A DNA stretch of 64,000 nucleotides from Myxococcota bacterium (lineage in GTDB: Bacteria; Myxococcota_A; UBA9160; PR03): the NCBI GenBank assembly GCA_039794265.1, contig JBDIVR010000014.1:40879-104878 (forward strand). The letters run 5' to 3'. This document shows positions 57,447-64,000 of the stretch, one piece after another. Numbering within the stretch: the stretch's first letter is position 1; each line of letters starts with the position of its first letter. The notes beneath the pieces were generated by a model. That model saw only the letters and a list, made by a program, of their open reading frames with translations. It searched no databases and was not told the DNA's origin. The position numbers were made by a program, and so were the translations under genes.

Positions 57447-57941
57447 CTACCCCCGGCAGGGCTTTCCTTCGTACTCGTGTCGCTGCAACCGATACTCGCG
57501 ACCGTCCCAGCGCAAAACCGGGAAGCAGAAGCCCGGACCGCCGACTTCGAGGTCGGGCCAGCCGCCGGCGCCCTTCGTCGCCAGGAAGCTCGGCATGCCT
57601 TGCGCGGCATACATCGCCTTCCAGGTCCCGTCCGCCTGCTTGCTGACCAGGGTGAAGCCGGTGCCGGCATGACCGTAACAGTACGTCCCGCCCTCGGTGA
57701 CGACGGCTTCGGGGCGTCCGTCACCGTTGAGGTCGCGGACCGTCTCGATCGCGCCGGGTGTGTAGGACGGCGTGCCGGGGTCCTCGCAAGCGCTGCGCCA
57801 CTGGTCGCCCTTCTGCGTGAACCCCGCCGCTCGGAACGCCGCGTCGCGGTCGGCGTCCGAGAGCGTGGACGCGCTGGCGAGGACGATGGGCGCGAAGACC
57901 GCCAGCGCGAGCAGACGAACGAAACCAATCGTGATCGGCAT
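57447..57941 (-). CDS. Hypothetical secreted protein
   Basis: Signal peptide; DLNGDGRPE Ca-binding-like motif; four Cys; RBS GGAGGAG. Confidence 0.75.
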   Translation of the reverse strand: MPITIGFVRLLALAVFAPIVLASASTLSDADRDAAFRAAGFTQKGDQWRSACEDPGTPSYTPGAIETVRDLNGDGRPEAVVTEGGTYCYGHAGTGFTLVSKQADGTWKAMYAAQGMPSFLATKGAGGWPDLEVGGPGFCFPVLRWDGREYRLQRHEYEGKPCRG

Positions 57942-57964
57942 GGTGTTCTCCTCCCCCCGCGCGC

Positions 57965-59107
57965 TCAGCCTACACCAGAGCGGTGCTCGGGTGGAGCTGC
58001 CGGGGCCGGCGGCGACTCGGAAGTGGCAGCCTCCGGCTGCTGGGCGAGCCACGCGGACAGCAGCTCGTAGACCAGCGCCATGACGACAGGGCCGAGGAAC
58101 AGGCCGATGATGCCGGCGGCCAGCAGGCCGCCGATCGCACCGACGAGGATGACGAGCATCGGCACGCGGATGCCCCGGCCCAGCAGGAGCATCTTCAGCA
58201 CGTTGTCGCTCAGGCTGACGACGATGCTCCAGGCGGTGAACAAGACGGCCGGCAAGGTGCCGATGCTGACGAACGCCCAGAGGATCATCGGACCGAGCAC
58301 GATCATCGGGGGGAGCTGCACGATCGCGAGGATCAACACGAGCAGCGCCCACAAGCCTGCCGCCGGGACGCCCAGCGCGAACATGCCGAGCGCCGCGAGG
58401 AGGCTCTGGATCGCGGCGACGCCGAGGACGCCCTTGAACACGCTGCGGATCGTCTCGGTGGAGAGCGCGAGGAGCTCCTCGCCGCGTTCTCCGCCGAGGC
58501 GCAGCGCCACGACCCGGAGCGGCGGCTGCAATGCCTCGGCATGGGCCAGCAACACCGCGGCGATGATGGCCGCGACGCCGAACCCGAGCAGCGCGACGCC
58601 GCCGCTGCTCACGACGCCGACGGCCCCGAGGCCGAAGGTCTTCAGCTGCGGACCCAGACGTTCCATCAACGTCGACGTGTTGCTCGCGAACTCGCTGAGG
58701 ACGCGGTGCGCCAGCTCGCCGATGATCGGCCAGCGCGCGATCGCCGCATCCGGCGACGGAATGCGCAAACGGCCCGACTCGAGCGCCTGCGAGACGGCCC
58801 GGACGCCGTCGGCTACCGACAGCGAGAAGGCGAGAATCGGAATCACCAGCACCGCGAGAAGCCCCACGGCCACGAGTCCGGCCGCCAGACGGCTCCGGTC
58901 GCCGAGCGCGCGGGCCAGCCGGGCGTGCAGCGGCCGGCACGCGACGGCCAGGACGGCGGCCCACACGAGCAGATCGACGAAGGGAGCGAGGATCCGGTAC
59001 GACCAGACCAGGAGCAGCGCCAGCAATCCGAGGCGCAGCGCCGTCTCGACCAGCTCTCCGAAGCTCGCTCGCAGCAACGACCGAGGCTCGCTCACGTCGA
59101 TCCCCAC
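57965..59107 (-). CDS. AI-2E family transporter
   Basis: Multi-TM; DNVLK..LLGRG, GAIGG..GLFLGP. Confidence 0.88.
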   Translation of the reverse strand: MGIDVSEPRSLLRASFGELVETALRLGLLALLLVWSYRILAPFVDLLVWAAVLAVACRPLHARLARALGDRSRLAAGLVAVGLLAVLVIPILAFSLSVADGVRAVSQALESGRLRIPSPDAAIARWPIIGELAHRVLSEFASNTSTLMERLGPQLKTFGLGAVGVVSSGGVALLGFGVAAIIAAVLLAHAEALQPPLRVVALRLGGERGEELLALSTETIRSVFKGVLGVAAIQSLLAALGMFALGVPAAGLWALLVLILAIVQLPPMIVLGPMILWAFVSIGTLPAVLFTAWSIVVSLSDNVLKMLLLGRGIRVPMLVILVGAIGGLLAAGIIGLFLGPVVMALVYELLSAWLAQQPEAATSESPPAPAAPPEHRSGVG

Positions 59108-59194
59108 CGTGATGACGTGGCAGTGTACCGCGGACCCGCTCGCAGGGAGCGCGGGGCGCTAGCATCGGACTCGTCGTCGAGTCGGAGGAACCCC

Positions 59195-60070
59195 ATGCGC
59201 ATCGGCCTGCAGATCCCGAGCTTCACGTGGCCGGACAGCCCGGACTCGATCCGCCCCAGGCTGGCCGCGATCGCCCGCACCGCCGAGGACGCGGGCTTCC
59301 ACTCGGTGTGGGTGATGGATCACTTCTTCCAGATCCCGCTGGTCGGGCCGGCCGAGCAGGAGATGCTCGAGGGCTACTCGGCGCTGTCGTATCTCGCCGC
59401 GGTCACCGAGCGCGTGAAGCTCGGCACGCTGGTGACCGGCGTCACGTACCGGCACCCGGGCGTGCTCGCCAAGACGGTGACGACGCTGGACGTGCTCTCG
59501 GGTGGACGCGCCTATCTCGGCATCGGCGCCGCGTGGTTCGATCGCGAGCACCACGGCCTCGGCGTGCCGTTCCCGCCGCTCGGCGAGCGCTTCGAGCGGC
59601 TCGAGGAAGCGCTTCGGATCGTGAAGCAGTTCTGGTCCGGCAAGGCGGCGCCGTTCGAGGGCAAGCACTACCAGCTCGCCGAGACGCTGAACTCGCCGCC
59701 GGCGGTCTCCCGGCCGCACCCGCCGATCCTGATCGGCGGGATGGGTGAGCGCAAGACGCTGCGCCTCGTCGCCAAGTACGCCGACGCGTGCAACCTCTTC
59801 GCGTTCGCCGGCGTCGGCGAGCTGGCGCGCAAGCTCGACGTGCTGCGGGAGCACTGCGACCGCGAAGGACGTCGCTACGACGAGATCGAGAAGACGACGC
59901 TCGGCACGGCGAATCTGCGCAAGCAGTCGGCGCAACAGCTCGTCGACGAGTGCGGCGCGCTGGCGGGGATCGGCATCCAGCACGCGATCTTCAACCTGCC
60001 GCGTGTCGATGATCTCAGCGGGCTCGAGACGTTCGGCCGCGACGTGATCCCGTCCGTCGCCGCGCTCTGA
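59195..60070 (+). CDS. LLM-class (probably F420-dependent) oxidoreductase
   Basis: WVMDHFFQI, VTYRHPG.LAK, LDVLSGGR.YLGIGAAW, GERKTL. Confidence 0.92.
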   Translation: MRIGLQIPSFTWPDSPDSIRPRLAAIARTAEDAGFHSVWVMDHFFQIPLVGPAEQEMLEGYSALSYLAAVTERVKLGTLVTGVTYRHPGVLAKTVTTLDVLSGGRAYLGIGAAWFDREHHGLGVPFPPLGERFERLEEALRIVKQFWSGKAAPFEGKHYQLAETLNSPPAVSRPHPPILIGGMGERKTLRLVAKYADACNLFAFAGVGELARKLDVLREHCDREGRRYDEIEKTTLGTANLRKQSAQQLVDECGALAGIGIQHAIFNLPRVDDLSGLETFGRDVIPSVAAL

Positions 60071-60155
60071 GCGTCAAGAAAGGGGCCGGGTTCGTTCGTC
60101 AACTTTTGCCCGACGGGCAAAAGTTGACGAACGAACCCGGCCCCTTTCTTGACGC
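60071..60155. repeat. Perfect 85-bp palindrome (41-42-bp arms) between convergent genes
   Basis: GCGTCAAGAAAGGGGCCGGGTTCGTTCGTCAACTTTTGCCC-GAC followed by the exact reverse complement. Confidence 0.95.
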
Positions 60156-60158
60156 GCG

Positions 60159-60665
60159 CTACTGCACCTCGAACTTCGACGTCCCGAGCGAGCTGCCGTC
60201 GGCCAGGATCTCCACCTGGTACTGGCCGGTCAGCCAGGCGTCGTCCCGCTCGATGTGGAACTCGCTGACGGCCGGTCCCTCCGACGCGATCTCCTGGCTC
60301 GTCTCGTCGACGACCTGGCCGTCTTGGTAGGTCCAGCGCGCGGTGAGTGTCACGCGCTTCGCACTCCCCGTCGTGGCGACGGACGCGTAGATCGTCGGGT
60401 CGCTCGCCGCCAGCGTGGCACTCGGGGCAGTGACGCGATTGTCGGGTCCGATCGCGTTGCCGACCTCGACGCCGACGAGACGGAACGGCTCCGCAGCGGG
60501 CGCCTGGGCAGGCGCCTTCGCCTCGGGTGCCGCCGGCGGGGGGCTGGGCGGCGGCGCCTCGGTCTCCGATCGCTTGCAGGCACCGAGCGCCAGCGGCGTC
60601 GCGACGAGCGCGATCAGCAGGCATCGAGAAACGCTTCGGGACACGACGGACCTCCTCCCGGTCAT
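60159..60665 (-). CDS. Hypothetical lipoprotein with a Pro-rich linker
   Basis: Lipobox LGAC, Pro/Ala linker, beta-rich domain. Confidence 0.72.
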   Translation of the reverse strand: MTGRRSVVSRSVSRCLLIALVATPLALGACKRSETEAPPPSPPPAAPEAKAPAQAPAAEPFRLVGVEVGNAIGPDNRVTAPSATLAASDPTIYASVATTGSAKRVTLTARWTYQDGQVVDETSQEIASEGPAVSEFHIERDDAWLTGQYQVEILADGSSLGTSKFEVQ

Positions 60666-61363
60666 TCGGGGATGTTCAGGACCTGACCCGGATGGATCAG
60701 GTCGGGGTTCTCGAGCTGATCGCGGTTGGCGTCGAAGATGCGCCGCCACTGATTGGCGTCGCCGTAATGGTGCTTCGCGATCTTCGAGAGGTTGTCACCG
60801 GCCACGACTGTGTAGCGCCGAGGTTCGGTCGCGGGCGGCGCGGTCGACGACGCACCACTGCGTACGTTCGAGAAGTCGGCCTTCGGGCGGGCGCCGCCGG
60901 ACGGCGCGCCGCTCTCGGCGGCGTGCGCTACCGGTGCGGGGCCGCGCAGCACGTCGGAACTCTGCGCTTGCGCGGCCAAGTCGCGCAAGCGCTTGCGGTC
61001 CGGCGGCTGCCCGTTCGGCGTGAGCTTGTCGATCAGCTTGGGAAGCAGCGACGCGAGGATCGCCGCGCCGGCGACACCGCCGAGCCCCGCGCGCTTCGTG
61101 ATCGCCTCGAACGGGCTGCCGCGCAGCGCCGCACCGAGCTTGTCGGGTGGCACCGACTGGTTGGCGCCGGTGCCGATCCACGAAGCGATCGCACTGCCGA
61201 GCCCGGCGCCCTGCAAGCGCTGCGAGAGGCCGTCGAGCCCGGCGTCGCTTCCGCTGCTGCCGAGGGTTTCGAGAACGCCGCGCACGAGCGTGCCGGCCTG
61301 GTCCTCGGACACCCCTTCCCTGCCGCCCGCGAGCGATCCGACGAGCTCCTCCAGAAGACCCAT
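60662..61363 (-). CDS. YidB-like domain fused to a C-terminal LysM domain
   Basis: SWIGTGAN, LPKLIDKLTPNG, then YTVVAGDNLSKIAK...IHPGQVLNIP. Confidence 0.85.
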   Translation of the reverse strand: MGLLEELVGSLAGGREGVSEDQAGTLVRGVLETLGSSGSDAGLDGLSQRLQGAGLGSAIASWIGTGANQSVPPDKLGAALRGSPFEAITKRAGLGGVAGAAILASLLPKLIDKLTPNGQPPDRKRLRDLAAQAQSSDVLRGPAPVAHAAESGAPSGGARPKADFSNVRSGASSTAPPATEPRRYTVVAGDNLSKIAKHHYGDANQWRRIFDANRDQLENPDLIHPGQVLNIPE

Positions 61364-61438
61364 GGCGCGTCCCTCCTCGAGGCAAGACTTGCCGGCGACC
61401 GCAGCCGAGTCAAGCGAGAGGGCGTCGTCGGACCGGCC

Positions 61439-62251
61439 TCACGGCTTCACAGGTCCGCGTTTCTTCCGGGTGACGCGCTGGAGCTGTCGTCGCATGAAGC
61501 CGGGCGCCAGCGTCTGGGCCCAGTAGCCGGCGGCGATCCAGCGCGGATGGGTCAGCTCGCGTCGTCCGCTCGCGAGGGCACGCAGGATCGCGTCGACCAG
61601 CCCGCCCACCTCCACCATCCCGCGGCGCGCGACCGGCGGCATCGCCGCGAGCGCCTCGGCGTCGAAGAAGGGCGTCCGGATGACACCGGGGAACACCGTC
61701 AGAACGTGCACGCCGAGTGGCTCCACCTCGTGGGAGAGCGACGAGGCGAGCCCGGTCATCGCGAACTTCGACGCCGCGTAGGCCGATTCTCCCGGCGGAG
61801 CGATGCGGCCAGCCACCGACGAGACGAACACGATCCAGCCGCGCCGGCGCGCGACCATCTGGGGCAACAGCGCCTTCGTGCAGTACAGCGCGCCGAAGTA
61901 GTTGACCCGCATCATCCGTTCCATGTCCTCGAGATCCCAATCCAGGAACGGACGATGGTGGCCATAGCCCGCGTTGTTGACGAGGAGGTCGATGCCGCCG
62001 AGCCGTGCATTCGCCTTCTCGACACAGACCTCGACCTGGCGCGGATCGCCCACGTCTGCCGCTAGCGCGATGGCCTCGCCGCCGGCGGCCGCGATCTCGG
62101 CGACCAGTTCGGCGAGGACGGCTTCTCGGCGCGCGACCAGCGCGACGCGGGCGCCCTCTCGTGCCAGCCGGAGCGCCAGCGCGCGGCCGATGCCGCTCGA
62201 AGCGCCGGTCACCAGGACGCGAAGGCCGCGGAACGATTCGACGGCTGCCAT
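61439..62251 (-). CDS. SDR family oxidoreductase
   Basis: TGASSGIG, NNAG, YAASK. Confidence 0.92.
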   Translation of the reverse strand: MAAVESFRGLRVLVTGASSGIGRALALRLAREGARVALVARREAVLAELVAEIAAAGGEAIALAADVGDPRQVEVCVEKANARLGGIDLLVNNAGYGHHRPFLDWDLEDMERMMRVNYFGALYCTKALLPQMVARRRGWIVFVSSVAGRIAPPGESAYAASKFAMTGLASSLSHEVEPLGVHVLTVFPGVIRTPFFDAEALAAMPPVARRGMVEVGGLVDAILRALASGRRELTHPRWIAAGYWAQTLAPGFMRRQLQRVTRKKRGPVKP

Positions 62252-62357
62252 GGGTCCTTTGGATGCGCCTCGGGGCGTATCGTGCGCCGCGCCCCGATCC
62301 TAACGCTGGGCCGGGTCGCCCGTGTCACCCGGCAATCCATGCGGCATCCTGCGAGAC

Positions 62358-62906
62358 ATGACCCGCCGCGATTTCGTCCGCTCCCTCGTCGCCACGCTCT
62401 TGTTCGCCCCGTCGGCGCTCGCTCCCGCGAGAGCCGCCCGGGCAGGAGGCTCCTCGATGCCCTCACCCGACGCGTCGTCCCCGGTGGAGCGTTTCGATCT
62501 CCCGAAGTCCGTCTGGAAGCAGCTCCTGCCGCCGGATGCCTACGCCGTCCTGTTCGAGCACGGCACCGAGCGCGCCGGCACCAGCCCGCTGAACCACGAG
62601 AAGCGCCCGGGCACCTTCGTCTGCGCCGCCTGCTTCCTGCCGCTGTTCCGCTCGGAAGCCAAGTACGAAAGCGGCACGGGCTGGCCGAGCTTCTTCGAGC
62701 CGCTGCCGGACCGGCTCGGCACCGAGCGCGACTTCAAGCTGATCCTGCCGCGTACGGAGTACCACTGCGCCCGCTGCGGCGGCCATCAGGGACACGTCTT
62801 CGACGACGGCCCGCCGCCGACGGGCAAGCGCTACTGCAACAACGGCGTCGCGCTGCGCTTCGTCCCGGACGGAGAGGCACTTCCGCCGCTGCGGACGGGC
62901 GCGTGA
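62358..62906 (+). CDS. msrB: Peptide-methionine (R)-S-oxide reductase with a Tat signal
   Basis: TRRDF Tat motif; GTE, SGTGWPSF, GHQGHVFDDGP, RYCNNG. Confidence 0.94.
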   Translation: MTRRDFVRSLVATLLFAPSALAPARAARAGGSSMPSPDASSPVERFDLPKSVWKQLLPPDAYAVLFEHGTERAGTSPLNHEKRPGTFVCAACFLPLFRSEAKYESGTGWPSFFEPLPDRLGTERDFKLILPRTEYHCARCGGHQGHVFDDGPPPTGKRYCNNGVALRFVPDGEALPPLRTGA

Positions 62907-63520
62907 GGACCCTGCTGCTCGCACTGAGCCTGCTCGTCGCCACGGCCTGCCGGGCGGAGGACACGGCCCCTCCGCAGGCCCCCGCGGCGAGCGCCACCGC
63001 CACCGCCGTGTTCGCCGGCGGCTGCTTCTGGTGCATGGAGGCACCCTTCGACGCCCTCGACGGCGTCGTCTCGACGACCTCCGGCTACACCGGGGGCCGC
63101 GTCCCGAATCCAACGTACGAGGAGGTTTCGGCCGGCAACACGGGGCACCTCGAGGCCGTCGAAGTCGTCTACGACCCGGCGAGGATCGGCTTCGAGCAGC
63201 TGCTGTCCGTCTTCTGGCGCAACGTCGATCCGCTCGACGACGGCGGCCAGTTCTGCGACCGCGGCTCGCCGTACGCGAGCGCCATCTTCGTCAGCGACAC
63301 CGAGCAGAGACGCCTCGCCGAGGCGTCGGCGGAGGAGATCCGCGAACGGCTCGGCCAGCCCCTCGCGACACCGATCCGCGACGCCGCCCCGTTCTACGCC
63401 GCCGAGGACTACCACCAGGACTACTACCGGAAGAACCCCCTCCGCTATCGCTACTACCGGAGTGGCTGCGGGCGGGACGCGCGCCTCGAGGAACTCTGGG
63501 GCCCCGACGCGAAGCACTGA
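62903..63520 (+). CDS. msrA: Peptide-methionine (S)-S-oxide reductase with a signal/lipoprotein peptide
   Basis: GGCFWCME, GYTGG, FYAAEDYHQDY; GTGA overlap with msrB. Confidence 0.94.
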   Translation: MRTLLLALSLLVATACRAEDTAPPQAPAASATATAVFAGGCFWCMEAPFDALDGVVSTTSGYTGGRVPNPTYEEVSAGNTGHLEAVEVVYDPARIGFEQLLSVFWRNVDPLDDGGQFCDRGSPYASAIFVSDTEQRRLAEASAEEIRERLGQPLATPIRDAAPFYAAEDYHQDYYRKNPLRYRYYRSGCGRDARLEELWGPDAKH

Positions 63521-63552
63521 GCGCGCCCCCAGGGGGAATGTCATTGTCTCCA

Positions 63553-63600
63553 TATAGGTATTCCACGGTCCTTTATTTACTGGACCTCCCTGGTCCTCTA
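63553..63600. promoter_or_regulatory. AT-rich promoter region with two GGWM..GGTCCT-like elements; possible Rrf2 operator
   Basis: ATAGGTATTCCACGGTCCTTTA and ACTGGACCTCCCTGGTCCTCTA lie upstream of the Rrf2 gene. Confidence 0.35.
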
Positions 63601-63657
63601 TGCTCCGACGACTTGGCCCCGTTCCCCGAGTCTCCGAGAGCCCGCGGAGGGCCCCGC

Positions 63658-64000
63658 ATGCTTCGAATGAGCCGCATCACCGACTACGGCATCGTGCTGC
63701 TGACGCAGCTCGCCGCCGAGGCGTCGGATCCCGGCATCCCGCAGGACGGGGCGGCGGAGCCGCGCGAGTCGGCGCCGTCCGAGGCCATTCACAACGCCCG
63801 CGAGCTCGCCGCTCGCGCCGGACTTCCGTTGCCCGTCGTGAGCAAGATCCTGAAGGCTCTGACGCGGGAAGGCTTCCTGGTCTCGCAGCGCGGCGCGCGC
63901 GGCGGTTACGCGCTGGCTCGGAGTCCGGAAGACATCTCCGTCGCCTCGATCATCGATGCGCTGGAAGGCCCCATCGCGCTGACCGAGTGCGGCACCGAGC
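63658..64000 (+). CDS. Rrf2-family SUF Fe-S cluster assembly regulator, running off the window end
   Basis: Not in the ORF track; translated by hand: MLRMSRITDYGIVLL...VSKILKAL...SQRGARGGY.LAR...LEGPIALTEC. Confidence 0.88.
   Translation, partial: MLRMSRITDYGIVLLTQLAAEASDPGIPQDGAAEPRESAPSEAIHNARELAARAGLPLPVVSKILKALTREGFLVSQRGARGGYALARSPEDISVASIIDALEGPIALTECGTE

Overview
GC-rich bacterial DNA, possibly Myxococcota/delta-proteobacterial (it has a PEP-CTERM-type protein and LLM-family oxidoreductases); the taxon cannot be fixed from sequence alone. The first 12 kb hold a membrane-bound group 1 [NiFe] uptake hydrogenase operon (small subunit, large subunit, cytochrome b, protease). It runs straight into an MtrA/DmsE-type multiheme cytochrome that the ORF track missed. 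A divergent hypFCDE-(crotonase)-hypAB operon sits opposite. From 12 to 32 kb there is a RAYT-like transposase with terminal inverted repeats, bioA, two tandem orphan histidine kinases, cysH, folK, and an aminotransferase-LuxE-LuxC-exporter operon without luciferase. From 32 to 57 kb lies a defence/accessory island built on a type I R-M operon. About nine cargo genes are stacked inside it, separated by partial copies of the hsdM 3' end and the hsdR 5' end, and most of these copies form mini-ORFs that bridge stop-to-start overlaps. This array is the most unusual structure in the window. The last 7 kb contain a transporter, an 85-bp perfect hairpin, exported MsrB/MsrA and a SUF-type Rrf2 regulator. 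All family calls come from motifs read by eye, not from database searches.
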